A DNA stretch of 64,000 bases from an uncultured Fibrobacterota bacterium (GTDB lineage: Bacteria > Fibrobacterota > Chitinivibrionia > Chitinivibrionales > FEN-1185), in contig CAVWBU010000049.1 in NCBI GenBank assembly GCA_963753345.1, positions 207,017-271,016 on the forward strand, given 5' to 3'. Both the position numbers and the translations under genes were made by a program. Of the stretch, positions 10,506 through 21,207 are shown one piece after another. Within the stretch, counting starts at the first letter, position 1, and every line of letters begins with the position of its first letter. The notes under the pieces are model-generated. The model saw only the letters and a list, made by a program, of their open reading frames with translations. It was not told the DNA's origin and did not search any database.

Positions 10506-10953
10506 TGGGCGTTCCCCTCGCCTTCGGTAAGCACTCAGGCTCGGGTCGGTTCTCCTTCCGGTCCACCCCTTCGGGTGCTTCCAAGGGTCGTCGGCCTCCG
10601 GCCTCGGGCTGCCTGTCCCAACCGCCTTCGGCTAGGGATCAGGCAGCACCGCGCTCCGGCTCGGCCTCCAGTCGCCCCTAACGCGCGCATACCGTGGTTA
10701 TCATCAGTCAACTACTTCTTCTCGCGCCAATCGGAATACTCAAGAAATTATCAAACATCTTTTCTTCCATTTCTCAACCTCTCAACTTATCAACTCTTCA
10801 ACGTTTCAACTATTCAACTTTTCAACTGCTCTCCGTGGGTGCCGCCGCAGCAATGTATGGTCTTGCAGCTACTTTGTCAAGGCGGCCACCCTGGAGAGGG
10901 GAGTGCCGAGGACGGCGTCAGCTGGCCGAGGCCGGGGGAGATACTTCTCCCCC
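10506..10953 (+). repeat. Composite intergenic repeat, inverted partner of 6046-6523
   Basis: GGGCGTTCCCCTCG..CCTAACGCG (10507-10686), TCAAC 8-mer array (10772-10826), CTCCGTGGGTGCC..TTGTCAAGG..GGGGGAGATACTTCTCCCCC. Confidence 0.8.
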
Positions 10954-10962
10954 AAAACTTTA

Positions 10963-11883
10963 TTATTCCGGATGGTATTCTAGTAGCGTCTTTACATGAG
11001 CGCACACCGCCCCCGCAAGGTCTTCCGGTGTGTAGCCGCCTTCGAGCACCGAAACTATTCTGTCATTGGAATGTGTATGTGCGATGTCCATCACGATTCT
11101 TGTCAGATGCGCAAACCCCTCGTCCGATAGGACAAAACAGCCGAGCTTGTCGTTCGCATGGCCGTCGAATCCCGCGGAAACGAATACAAAGTCAGGCTTG
11201 AACCCGTTCGCCCGCGGAACGAGCATGTCGGTGAATACCTTGACAAAATCCTCATCACCGGAGCCGGCCGGCATGTGCACGTTGATGTTGAAGCCGCGAC
11301 CGGCGCCTTCGCCTTCACGTTCGGGAAATCCGGTGCCTGGGTAGGCGAGCGCGTAGTGCGTGGAAAAATAAAGCACGGTCGGGTCTGTGTAGAATGCGGC
11401 CTCGGTGCCGTTTCCATGGTGAAAGTCCCAGTCGACAATGAGGATCTTCGGTTTTTTGCAGACTTCCTGAGCGTATCTCGCGGCGATCGCTACGTTGTTG
11501 TAGAAACAGAAACCTTCCTCCTGCCCCGTGTTGAGCGCATGATGCCCGGGCGGCCGCATGGCGCAGAACGCGTTGCGCGCTGTGCCTTCGCACACGGCCT
11601 TGACGGCCGCGAGCGCGCCGCCCACGGCAAGCTCGGCAATCGGGCCGATGGTTCTTATCCCTTGGATGGATTTGACATGCGCATCGGAATGGATTTTTCG
11701 GATGTGCGGAACGACGTTGGCAAGCGGGAAGAGCCTGATAACCTGTTTGTCAAGCCCGGTCTCGGCCATTTTCGCCTTGATCGCCGCCAGACGCTCCGGG
11801 CTTTCCGGATGGCCAAAGTCAAGCTCGTAGCCCATGCAGGCGTCTTCGAACACGTAACCGGTTATGTGAGCGGATTTTGACAT
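10963..11883 (-). CDS. Histone deacetylase/AcuC-family amidohydrolase
   Basis: HPESPERL, RPPGHHA, GFCFYNN, DWDFHHGNGT, SAGFD, LEGGY. Confidence 0.95.
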   Translation of the reverse strand: MSKSAHITGYVFEDACMGYELDFGHPESPERLAAIKAKMAETGLDKQVIRLFPLANVVPHIRKIHSDAHVKSIQGIRTIGPIAELAVGGALAAVKAVCEGTARNAFCAMRPPGHHALNTGQEEGFCFYNNVAIAARYAQEVCKKPKILIVDWDFHHGNGTEAAFYTDPTVLYFSTHYALAYPGTGFPEREGEGAGRGFNINVHMPAGSGDEDFVKVFTDMLVPRANGFKPDFVFVSAGFDGHANDKLGCFVLSDEGFAHLTRIVMDIAHTHSNDRIVSVLEGGYTPEDLAGAVCAHVKTLLEYHPE

Positions 11884-11917
11884 AAGGGTATCCTGCTAAG
11901 ATGCCTTGTAGTATTGT

Positions 11918-11946
11918 TGAACTAAAAATAATGTTTAGGCGACTAT
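11918..11946 (+). promoter_or_regulatory. Putative ECF-type promoter TGAAC-N16-GCGACT
   Basis: Same motif and spacing at 17016, 21074 and 26054. Confidence 0.7.
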
Positions 11947-12017
11947 CCAATTGCATAAATGAACTCGGGAAAGTACTGTTGAAAGCCCATAAAAGATCCG
12001 ACAACAAAGAAGGCCGC

Positions 12018-13238
12018 ATGAGAAAAACGATTGTTTTGACGGCAGCAGCTGTTTTGTTATGTTTCACCTGGCGGGTTAATGCGGACACGCCGCTGCGTCT
12101 CATGCTTGAGGTTGAGCCGGTAGTCGATACGATGACAGCCGGTGATTCCGCCACGTTTACTGGAACGGTCATTGACAATATGGACGTAATCCATCACGAG
12201 TTCGACACGTGCATTCATTGGAGCATGCAGCCTGCAGATAGCAAGAGCAGGCTCAGCACTACCACCGGCAGCCAAGTTACCTATTATGCTATTGAGGCTT
12301 ACCAGCGGAATTTTATCGTCACCAGTTTTACAGATCCGGCTTCCGGCAGAACGCTTGTCAGTGCCGATACGATTTATGTCAAACCAGGCATGGCGTATCG
12401 CGAATTCATTGAGCGGTATCCCCTTAGCGGCCTCTCATCGTTATCCGCTCCGATGGACTCCATTGTGCTGTCGCCGCCCACCGACACTCTGAGGGAGATT
12501 GCCGCGGTATTCCGTGACAAGTATGGTAATTTCCTTGGCTTCGACTCCGGCGTGACGTGGCAGGTGCCGAATGACAGCGGCATTATCAGGATAGAAACAC
12601 CGCCGGACACGCCGTATGTCTGCCGCATCGAATCGAGGAAGTCCGGAGTGACGTATGTCGTGTGCAGGAAGGCCGGCTTGACAATAGGGACGATGAAGGT
12701 GATGGTACGGACCGGCAGCCCCGCTCCGAACCCCGACATTGTGAAGGTCAGGGTGATTAATGCCTTAACCGACGTGCCGGTTGATTCCGTTGTCCTGATT
12801 CTCGGTCAGAACATCACGTTGCAATTGCAGGGGGTGTTGTATCCCGACTCCGCCACCTGGGTTGATATCTATGGAACTTGGGTGTTCGATCCTCACATTC
12901 CATCCATGGACCAGCTTCCACTCAGTTACAGTTTCATTACTTTCAGCGCGACAGACACGGGATCGTGGACGCTTTCCATTCTTGTTCCGTCTGCCGCGCA
13001 GGGAGCCGCGGTCGGGCCGATTCACCTCCGGGTGGTGCAGAACAGCAACAAGGTCATCAATCAATACCATCAATTGACAATAGGACAAAAACAGGTTGTC
13101 CGCGAATACTATAGCCTTCGCGGACAGAAACTGCCCTTTTACGGCGTCGGCCATGCTGAGGGGATTGTTTTGGAGCGAATCATTCAATCTGATGGAAAGT
13201 CAACAATCAGGAAATCGATTAACAAAAGTACGTTTTGA
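12018..13238 (+). CDS. Secreted Ig-like repeat protein (stalk modules like those of the fibro-slime proteins, no fibro-slime head) with C-terminal tail
   Basis: Signal peptide; RDKYGNF repeat; QNITLQLQG..WVDIYGTW module; tail YSLRGQKLP..GIVLERII. Confidence 0.75.
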   Translation: MRKTIVLTAAAVLLCFTWRVNADTPLRLMLEVEPVVDTMTAGDSATFTGTVIDNMDVIHHEFDTCIHWSMQPADSKSRLSTTTGSQVTYYAIEAYQRNFIVTSFTDPASGRTLVSADTIYVKPGMAYREFIERYPLSGLSSLSAPMDSIVLSPPTDTLREIAAVFRDKYGNFLGFDSGVTWQVPNDSGIIRIETPPDTPYVCRIESRKSGVTYVVCRKAGLTIGTMKVMVRTGSPAPNPDIVKVRVINALTDVPVDSVVLILGQNITLQLQGVLYPDSATWVDIYGTWVFDPHIPSMDQLPLSYSFITFSATDTGSWTLSILVPSAAQGAAVGPIHLRVVQNSNKVINQYHQLTIGQKQVVREYYSLRGQKLPFYGVGHAEGIVLERIIQSDGKSTIRKSINKSTF

Positions 13239-13261
13239 TAAGACCAGGCAGGAGGCGCTGC

Positions 13262-14944
13262 ATGACAAGGACTGGAATGATTTGCAAAGGAGTGGTTGTT
13301 TGCACCGTGGTTTTTCTCCTTGTAAATCCTACATGGGCTCAGGCTATGTATCCTCCCACCATGAAAAGACCGGTCACGTATTTCGACTTCCATCCCGACG
13401 GTTCCTGCCCGGACTTCAATCCCGGCACAAACCCCTCACTGTTGCTCCGGCACATGGTCGCCGACACGCTCGGCAGCGACAGCCTTCCCGCGCGAGGCGA
13501 TTCCGTTCTGTACAGTTGGGAAATGGGGAAGTGGTTCAGGCCCTGGCGGCAGGGCAACGATTTTGAGCGGCCCGTGTACACCCAGAACGGACGCGTCGTG
13601 GCGAACCTTTCCACGGCCTTGTTCGACACGTCGTACAAGAACATGGTTTTCAACGATACGCTCACGTTCACCTACATTCCCGGCTCGGCGGGACTGTACC
13701 GGTATTCGAACGCCGCGTTCTGGCCGCTTGACAACAGGGGATTCGGCAACGAGCCGGCGAAAGGGTACAACGGAACGCTTATCAACCCTGCGCCGCACAA
13801 TTACTCCTTTGCAATGCATATGAAATACGCTTTCAGGTATTCGGCCGGCCTTGCCTTTGCTTTCGGCGGCAATGACGACATCTGGGTGTTTGTCAACCAT
13901 AGGCTTGTGATTGACCTTGGAGGAATCCACGAAAACGCCTCGGATTCAATTGTTCTTGATTCCGACGCGGCCAATCGGTTGGGGCTGAACCCGGGCACTA
14001 CGTACGATTTGGACATCTTCTGCGCCCAGCGCCAGGCCGACCAGTCGTCGATGGTCATGACCGTGCCCATTCTGATTCCTGTCGAACCGGTTCGTCTGAT
14101 GATAAGTCTCGTTCCCAGCATCGACACCATTGCACCGGGCGGAGATTCCATCCCGATGCAGGCGATGATTTACGACGATACGGGCGGGCGCCATCCCGAC
14201 CTTGCCGATTCAATTGCATGGACGCTTACGCCGACCGGAACCCGCAATTATCTCAAGTATTCAAAGGGTGCGGCGAATGTAGTCTATGTGCTCGACCCTT
14301 ACACGTGGTTGACGGTTGCCGTCAGGTATCAGATTAATCCCGACTTGGTTCTCGTTGACTCGGCACGGTTTTATCTGAAGCCTTCGGTGGCACACAAATT
14401 GTTCATTGAGTCGGACACCGTCAATTGTTCGGGCTCGGGTGCCTTACAAGGGTGTTTTGCGCCTTCACCGTTGGATTCCATCGTTTTTTCCGGCGCCGTT
14501 GTCCAGAAAACCGCGGTGGCCATAGTTCGGGACACTTTCGGTAATTTTACCAGGTATTCGGCGACCGGTGAATGGAAATTGCTTTCCGGCAATGATGAGG
14601 TCAGCCTTTCGTTCCCGAAGGAACCGTATATCGCGCTTGTCCAGGCGATAAAGCCAGGGACTGCTTTTATGGAAGTGACTGACACAGCGGGCGGCTTGAC
14701 AATAAAGGATACCGTCAAAGTCATCGTGAAGGATGATATCGTTTCTGTAAAGTCGCATGGCGCGCCGCTTGAGACGTTCGGGAAAAATCGAGGAAAGCCG
14801 ATCAGCGAATTCTTCAACCTCCGCGGCCAGAGGCTGCCTTCAAACTTGTACGGCATCTCCCGCACCGACGGCATCGTGCTTGAGCGGATAATCGATCCAA
14901 CGGGAAAGATGAGCGTGAAGAAAAGTTTCGTCCCGAGTCCCTGA
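13262..14944 (+). CDS. Fibro-slime (PA14-like) domain secreted protein
   Basis: FWPLDNRGFG, HNYSFAMH, GNDDIWVFVN.RLVIDLGGIH; tail FNLRGQRLP..GIVLERII. Confidence 0.88.
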   Translation: MTRTGMICKGVVVCTVVFLLVNPTWAQAMYPPTMKRPVTYFDFHPDGSCPDFNPGTNPSLLLRHMVADTLGSDSLPARGDSVLYSWEMGKWFRPWRQGNDFERPVYTQNGRVVANLSTALFDTSYKNMVFNDTLTFTYIPGSAGLYRYSNAAFWPLDNRGFGNEPAKGYNGTLINPAPHNYSFAMHMKYAFRYSAGLAFAFGGNDDIWVFVNHRLVIDLGGIHENASDSIVLDSDAANRLGLNPGTTYDLDIFCAQRQADQSSMVMTVPILIPVEPVRLMISLVPSIDTIAPGGDSIPMQAMIYDDTGGRHPDLADSIAWTLTPTGTRNYLKYSKGAANVVYVLDPYTWLTVAVRYQINPDLVLVDSARFYLKPSVAHKLFIESDTVNCSGSGALQGCFAPSPLDSIVFSGAVVQKTAVAIVRDTFGNFTRYSATGEWKLLSGNDEVSLSFPKEPYIALVQAIKPGTAFMEVTDTAGGLTIKDTVKVIVKDDIVSVKSHGAPLETFGKNRGKPISEFFNLRGQRLPSNLYGISRTDGIVLERIIDPTGKMSVKKSFVPSP

Positions 14945-14956
14945 GAAGTTTTGGGA

Positions 14957-15293
14957 AGTGACAAAGTAATAAATTGATAGAGTGACAAAGGGCAAACCAG
15001 TCGGGGGATGCGAAGCATCATTCTGTTCGGACGATTTGTCAAGAGCAAACCTCTACTTACTTCCTAACAACTCTCGCTCGTGGGTGCCGGGAAAGGATCC
15101 CACGGGACAGAACAAAGTGTAGAATGCTCAGTGTATTTGTTTTCGCTCAAGGGCGACTGATCCACGCTAGAGCGGGATGCTGCCCGGACCGGCCCTGTGG
15201 GCCAATAGGACCGTGGCAGCCGAGCCTTGGCGTGACCGAGGAGAGCCGGTGCCGAGGGTAGGGCCGAGGCCTGGGAGAGAGCTTCTCTCCCCC
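14957..15293 (+). repeat. Degenerate composite repeat (8-mer array plus CTCGTGGGTGCC module)
   Basis: AGTGACAA-type 8-mers; ctcgtgggtgccg; gcgggatgctgcccggaccggccctgtgggcc shared with 6413 and 46020; terminal gggagagagcttctctccc hairpin. Confidence 0.6.
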
Positions 15294-15307
15294 GAGATTT
15301 GTTATCC

Positions 15308-16487
15308 TTAGATGCTCTCCAGTCAATATTTTCCTCAATTCATCCTTCTCCAGCTTCGCCGGATTGTTCTTGTTGTCCGTCCTGTCAACTATCGCATCAA
15401 CTGACGATGCGGTGACTCCAAATTTCCCCAGCTTCGGTATTTTCAAAACCCGCGCATATTCTTCGACTTTCTCTATCAGCATGTCGCAGGTCTCCCTTGC
15501 CGTGCCGCGCCGCTTGCCGCACAGGATTTCTCCGGCCCTGGCGTACTTGACAAGATGAGGCAACCCCGCCTCGGTCCGGGAAAGCGCGCGGATTGTTCTC
15601 CGAAGACATGGAGCAAGCAATGCTCCGCATACCACGCCATGCGGAACGGAAAACAATCCGCCTATCGACGACGCGAACCCGTGCACCACGCCCAGTCCCG
15701 CGTTGGCGAGCGCCATGCCCGACATGAGCGCGGCGTAGGAGAGGTCCGCGCGCACGGCAATGTCCCGGCCTGCGCTCGTGCACGCAGGCACAAGGCTGTT
15801 CCTTATTCGCTCCAAACCGCTTTGCGCGAGTGCGTCGGTGAGCATGGACGCCTTTGTCGAAACGTACGATTCGAGAAGCTGGGTGAGCGCGTCAAGGCCG
15901 CAGGCCGCGGTAATGCCCGGCGGACAAGACACGGTGAGGCAGGGATCGACGACCGCAACATCGGGCATGAAATTGTCGTGACGCAGCGACTTTTTGAAAC
16001 CGTTCGGGCCCACCCTGCTTATCACGGCGTTTCTGGTGGCCTCGCAGCCGGTGCCGGCCGTGGTCGGGACGGCCACAAAAGGCGCCTTGGTTCCCGGGTG
16101 AACCCTGGTGCCGACGTCTTCGAGATAGTCGGCCACGGTTCCGTCCACGCGGAGCATGGCCGAAATCGCCTTGCCCGCGTCTATGACGCTGCCGCCGCCC
16201 GCCGAAAGCACCGCGTCGATGCCGCGGTTCCGGTTGGCGTCCACTGCGCCGTCGATGTCCTCGGGAGAGGGCTCGCCGGAAATTTCCCATTCGTAAAGTT
16301 CGACGGACGCCTTGGCAAGGCTGTCCGCGATTGCGGCGCAGGCGCCGGAGCGCGAAAGCGAATTCCTGCCGCGCACCAGGAGCGCCTTTTTTCCCAGGCC
16401 CGAAATAATTGTTCCCAGGCCGTTCGCAGCGTTCGGGCCGAAGTGAATGCACGGGATGCGGGCAAACCGGAACGGATTTATTTCCAT
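15308..16487 (-). CDS. Iron-containing alcohol dehydrogenase
   Basis: GGGSVIDAGK, PTTAGTGCEAT, GLGVVHG, PHGVVCG. Likely true end ILLESI* at 15308 after removing one extra A near 15323. Confidence 0.9.
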
Positions 16488-16789
16488 TTGTCCTTTTCAA
16501 GAGGGCAAATTACTGCATAGGGAACGCCTTCGCGTGGTTTTTGCATCCAGGGTTCCACGGTTTTCTTCCACTCGATATAATGAGGAGTTGTCTTGTGCGC
16601 GGCGGCGTCCTCGTCCGATTCGTAGGCTTCGTAGAGCATGAATCGGCTCGGGTCCTCGGCGCTCTGCAAAACGTCGAAGCGCAGATTGCCGGGTTCGCGC
16701 ACCGAAGCTTCGTGATTCTTGACGGTCGCTTCGATGAAGCGGGTGATGGCGTCGGGTTTCACCTGGACCATGACGCTCGTGACGACCAT
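16478..16789 (-). CDS. Antibiotic biosynthesis monooxygenase family protein (LsrG-like)
   Basis: SVREPGNLRFDVLQ..F.LYEAY..AAAHKTTPHY. Confidence 0.88.
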   Translation of the reverse strand: MVVTSVMVQVKPDAITRFIEATVKNHEASVREPGNLRFDVLQSAEDPSRFMLYEAYESDEDAAAHKTTPHYIEWKKTVEPWMQKPREGVPYAVICPLEKDKWK

Positions 16790-17015
16790 AAGCGGCCTCC
16801 TTGCGGGAAATATTGCGGTCGGCTTTGATGCCGGGCGCTAAAGGGTTCTGCCGGGCATTTGAAACAAATATAAATACGTGAAAAACTGGTGTACGACATT
16901 TTTTTTTAATATATTTAGGGGGTGGGACTGGGATCGATGAAGAAGTCCTGATTCCGGGGGGGATTTTATTAATCGGTTAACCCACGTTAAATTCCCCTAT
17001 TTTTCAAATTTCTCT

Positions 17016-17045
17016 TGAACTTTTCTGCTCAGTTGAGCGACTGTA
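17016..17045 (+). promoter_or_regulatory. Putative ECF-type promoter TGAAC-N16-GCGACTGTA
   Basis: Motif repeated with identical spacing before each fibro-slime unit. Confidence 0.72.
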
Positions 17046-17140
17046 ACAGTGAAATATAGCAACCCGCTCGCGATATACTGGTAGTTCAATACGGGAGAAG
17101 CTCGGCGTTGCTCCGTTTTACACAGGAGGTTTGTTTACTT

Positions 17141-20100
17141 ATGCAAGACTCAAAGGTTTTTCTCCGGAAGATGATTGTTGCGGCCGCAGGCATGATTCTG
17201 GCATGGGCGTTTTCTTCAAGCGGGCAGGCGGTTTATCCGGCAAACCTGACAGTCCCGGTGACCTATTTCGATCAGCATTCTGACGGATCAAACCCTGATT
17301 TCAATCCGGGCGACAACCCGGCCAGGGTCGTTCGCGGCATGGTCCAGCCGAAGCTCGACAAAGATGGATTGCCGGTAGGCACCACTAATTATTTGTATAG
17401 CTGGGGCATAGGGAAATGGTGGCGCGCTTGGCCGCAAAGCCAGCTCGGACAGGGCAGCGATTATCTCCGGCCGACGTATGGTCCGCTGCTGCCGTTGCCA
17501 GGCGGGACGGCTCTCCTCGGCGTCAATACTGTGACATACGACACCTCGTACAAGAACATTATGATTCAGGACAATCTTGTTTTTACCTACGTGGCCGGCT
17601 CGGAGGGAGTGTACCAGTACCAGAATGCAAATTTTTTTCCGCTTGACAACAGGGGGTTCGGGCAGGAACGTACGGTGAACTGGGATGGAGGAATCCTCAA
17701 CCCCGCTCCTCACAACTATTCGTTCGCCATGCATTTGAACAGAGGGTTCAAGTACCGGCCCGGACTCACCTTTCAATTTGAAGGCGACGACGACCTGTGG
17801 GTATTTATCAACGGCCAGTTGGTTCTGGACCTTGGGGGGATTCACACTACCGTGGCGGGCCAGTTTAATCTTGGAGGACCCAATGACGCGGCTGGGCTGG
17901 CCGCGCAACTCGGTTTGAACCAGGGTGACTCGGCCACGCTCGACGTTTTCTACTGCGAACGGCAGTCCGTGGGTTCGGACATCAAGATCACAACCAACAT
18001 AATTACGGCAAATCCTGTAAAGCTCGTTCTCAACATGCAACCCCCGGTTGACACTCTCGCGGCAGGAAGTTTTGCAACCTTTACCGCAAAGGTTGTCGAC
18101 GATACGGGAGGAGTACGTCACGAATTCGATTCGCAAATCAAGTGGGCACTTTCTCCCGCAAGTACGAGCAGTCTCACCAACGCTACAGGCGGCGCCGACA
18201 CTTTCTATGCGCGGCAGGCGTACGTATGGGATACCATTCGCGCGTCGTTTACAAGCCCGATTAATGACTCGGTCCTGTGGGCGGCCGATACCGTATACGT
18301 CAAGGCCGGCCCGCCCTACCGGGTATGGATCGAACCGGACACCAATATCAATGTCAACGACAGGAGCCCGGCGAGCCTTGCCCGTCTGCAGAATCCCGAT
18401 CATGTTTCGCTTGTCACCATTTCCGACACCACGTCACAGGCCAATGTTTTCGGTGTGGTGCGCGACCAGTACGGAAACTTTGTCGGATTTGCAACGACTG
18501 CGCAATGGAGCGAATACGGCGCCCACCTCGGCATAGCCAATGTATCGGCATCCACCCCTCTGTATGTCGGACTCATCCAGCGAATCACCGGCGTTTTCGG
18601 AACGACCCAGGCCAAGGTTTCCGAACCCGGCCTCAATTTCGACACCACCACGGTGAGTATTCTCAACGGTTACATAAAGCAGCTCCGTTTTGTCAATGTC
18701 GCCACCAACCAGCCGATAACCGGGATCAACATCAACACCGACCAGGACATTACCGTCAAGCTTCAGGGCATCTTGTCAACCGACGCAACCAACACGTGGA
18801 TTGACGTTACCGGAACCTGGACGCTCACGCCGGGTATTGCGTCTGCGAATCCGATTCCAGCCGGAATCGCGGGCTCGTGGACCTTCAGTCCCACGGTGCC
18901 GGGCGGAACTTCCCAGCTTGCCGCGACCACGGGCACGGGCGCGCATGTCGTGACCGCCCAGATTCCGGTCGTAGTGACGCCGGCGCCTCCGTCGTCCGCA
19001 ACCTTCACGGTTATCACCCCGCCTGCGGGCCGCATTGCCGGCGATACGATTCTGGCGGTGGTGACTATCTCCAACCAAGACGGCCTCGAACCGGGCCAGT
19101 ATTGCTATGGCGGAGACACCGCCGCCCTGTACCACGACACGCTCGGCAAGGGTTCCGGTTCGCAGCCCGGCCCCACCATAACCACCGGTGAGGGAAGCAC
19201 GGGCCTCAACGCGGGAACAGGGAGCACCATCAAGACGCCGGAATGTTTCACCAACGGCGTCGATACCGTCAAGATCGTTCTCTACAACGCGCCGTACACC
19301 GATCCGCTTGTCGGCATCGACACGCTGCATCAGCTGTCCGTCAATCTCAAAGGGGTCACGGCGGTGACCACGCCGTTCAAGCTCTTGCCCGGAGATTTGT
19401 ACTCTCTGGAGCTCGAATCCGCCACCGGGGTCCATCTCACGGGCACCGACACCCTGGTGTATCCCGACGGCCATGCAACCATCTATTCGGTCGGCTACGA
19501 CAGGTACGGGAACGAGCGGGGGAGGGAGCTTGCCAACTGGAGCGTGACCAACACCCTTCATCCGCTCACGCAGAGCAGCAACATTTCGGGGATTTACTAT
19601 GACGCAAGCAACTCCACGTTTAACGAATCCGGCGAAGTTATCGCCAGGGCGGCGCGCTATCTCAACGGCGTTTTCCAGGACTCGCTGGCGGCGGACAGCC
19701 TCGGCATCGTCATCATCGGCCCTCCGTCGTCGCTCGATTCCGCGGTCACGCGCGACGCCAACGGTAACGGCTATCTTGACGAAATAGAATTGTACTTCAA
19801 CAAGCCGGTCACCATGCTTCCATCGACCAATTTCACCATCACCGCGAACGGGGTCGTCTTCCACGTGGACAGCGTGAGCGGCGTGGGAACAACAGGCGCG
19901 ACCGGGACGCATTTTGTTGTATACCTGCAGGAGCAGCAGAACGGCCAGCCCCAGACCGCGTGGAAACCTCTGGTGACCATCACGGGAATGCAGGGAGTTT
20001 CCGATATCAAGAACTTCGTGGCCAAGGACGGGGCCGGTCCGGTGATCTGGACGGTCACCAAGACCATCGTCAATCCCGAGGACAGGTCGCAGGACGTTAT

Positions 20101-20860
20101 CACCGTGACGTTCTCCGAGCCCATCACGGGGCCCGGCGGAAGCCAGTTTGCCTGGTCGACCGTGAAGCCGTCCTCTGTTCTTGCCGTGTACCTCCCCAAT
20201 CCATCCGGGACAGGGTACGACACGCTGTATAACGCTCTCGACAGCATCGCCTCGTTTGCCCAGGTGATCGGCGACAGCATCGTCAAGTTCACCATGACAA
20301 ACGGCAACGATATCACGGGGAACGATTACATGAACATCAAGGTGACGGCCGGGCAGATATTCGACGCGCGGGGGAACCCGCCCGTCACGGACAACCGGAA
20401 GGCGCCGGTGAAGGTGATCGGCGCGCTGCCTCCGCGGATTATTGCGGTGCCCAACCCGTCCGGTCCCACGTTCCTCCACGAGCAGCCCGGGACGCTTAAT
20501 TTTGCAAACAATCCCAATGCGCGGAACTGGGTGAGGCTCGAGCGCGCCGGCACGGTGATAACGTTCAAGATTTCCCTACCGTCAACCCCGGGAGAGGTCG
20601 TTACCGGGTATCTCAAGATCTATGACGCGGTGGGGAACACGGTGATCACCGCGAACCAGGGGGACGTGTTGTCGTCGCTCACCGTCAACCCGACCAATCT
20701 GAGCAGCGCCTACGACTACGACATTTACTGGAACGGGTCGAACGAGCAGGGCACCAAGGTGGCGCCCGGTGTTTATCGCACCGTTGTTTACCTTACGTAC
20801 ACTTCTCCCGCCAAGAGCGAGAAGAAGCGGCTGTGGGGCACGGTCGGGATAACGTACTAG
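17141..20860 (+). CDS. Giant fibro-slime domain protein 1 (1239 aa) with Ig-like stalk and FlgD/T9SS-like C-terminal domain
   Basis: GGAGG RBS; signal peptide; FFPLD, GDDDLWVFING.LVLDLGGIH, FYCERQ; RDANGNGYLD; YDAVGN..YWNGSN..KVAPGVY. Confidence 0.9.
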   Translation: MQDSKVFLRKMIVAAAGMILAWAFSSSGQAVYPANLTVPVTYFDQHSDGSNPDFNPGDNPARVVRGMVQPKLDKDGLPVGTTNYLYSWGIGKWWRAWPQSQLGQGSDYLRPTYGPLLPLPGGTALLGVNTVTYDTSYKNIMIQDNLVFTYVAGSEGVYQYQNANFFPLDNRGFGQERTVNWDGGILNPAPHNYSFAMHLNRGFKYRPGLTFQFEGDDDLWVFINGQLVLDLGGIHTTVAGQFNLGGPNDAAGLAAQLGLNQGDSATLDVFYCERQSVGSDIKITTNIITANPVKLVLNMQPPVDTLAAGSFATFTAKVVDDTGGVRHEFDSQIKWALSPASTSSLTNATGGADTFYARQAYVWDTIRASFTSPINDSVLWAADTVYVKAGPPYRVWIEPDTNINVNDRSPASLARLQNPDHVSLVTISDTTSQANVFGVVRDQYGNFVGFATTAQWSEYGAHLGIANVSASTPLYVGLIQRITGVFGTTQAKVSEPGLNFDTTTVSILNGYIKQLRFVNVATNQPITGININTDQDITVKLQGILSTDATNTWIDVTGTWTLTPGIASANPIPAGIAGSWTFSPTVPGGTSQLAATTGTGAHVVTAQIPVVVTPAPPSSATFTVITPPAGRIAGDTILAVVTISNQDGLEPGQYCYGGDTAALYHDTLGKGSGSQPGPTITTGEGSTGLNAGTGSTIKTPECFTNGVDTVKIVLYNAPYTDPLVGIDTLHQLSVNLKGVTAVTTPFKLLPGDLYSLELESATGVHLTGTDTLVYPDGHATIYSVGYDRYGNERGRELANWSVTNTLHPLTQSSNISGIYYDASNSTFNESGEVIARAARYLNGVFQDSLAADSLGIVIIGPPSSLDSAVTRDANGNGYLDEIELYFNKPVTMLPSTNFTITANGVVFHVDSVSGVGTTGATGTHFVVYLQEQQNGQPQTAWKPLVTITGMQGVSDIKNFVAKDGAGPVIWTVTKTIVNPEDRSQDVITVTFSEPITGPGGSQFAWSTVKPSSVLAVYLPNPSGTGYDTLYNALDSIASFAQVIGDSIVKFTMTNGNDITGNDYMNIKVTAGQIFDARGNPPVTDNRKAPVKVIGALPPRIIAVPNPSGPTFLHEQPGTLNFANNPNARNWVRLERAGTVITFKISLPSTPGEVVTGYLKIYDAVGNTVITANQGDVLSSLTVNPTNLSSAYDYDIYWNGSNEQGTKVAPGVYRTVVYLTYTSPAKSEKKRLWGTVGITY

Positions 20861-20883
20861 GCGAATAAGACATGGGACTGTAG

Positions 20884-20924
20884 AAATCCCGGGGAAGATT
20901 CTTCCCCGGGATTTTTCTGTTTTT
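20884..20924 (+). terminator. Rho-independent terminator
   Basis: AAATCCCGGGGAAGA-T-TCTTCCCCGGGATTT followed by T-rich tail. Confidence 0.8.
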
Positions 20925-21073
20925 AAGCGGCACGACAAATGTATTTTGTTGTCCGGCCGATGTGATTTCTTGTAAAGTATGCGGGGGTGGGGGATCTTGC
21001 GTTGTGTCTGGGGGCTGCCCGGAAATCGCCGTGGCGCATCCTCAGCCTCCTCCTCTTATTTGCCCAATTATGC

Positions 21074-21103
21074 TGAACATTCATCACCCATCGCGCGACT
21101 GTA
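21074..21103 (+). promoter_or_regulatory. Putative ECF-type promoter TGAAC-N16-GCGACTGTA
   Basis: Same motif and spacing as 11918, 17016 and 26054. Confidence 0.72.
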
Positions 21104-21207
21104 CATAAAACGAGCAGGCTCCGATTCCAATGATGTCGGGAAAGAGAAGCTTTCCGGCTTATTAAAATAACGCGGCACACGGTTCAAGACCGGGGGGGAA
21201 TTTGCGT

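Noticed and set aside
14988-15016. GGGCAAACC..GGGATGCGAAGC resembling a c-di-GMP-I riboswitch
   Set aside because: Lacks the GNRA-capped stem and second hairpin, and lies downstream of convergent genes within a repeat
15147-15307. Apparent ~55-aa C-terminal extension of Fe-ADH into the repeat
   Set aside because: Better explained by one extra base; correction gives ILLESI* at 15308
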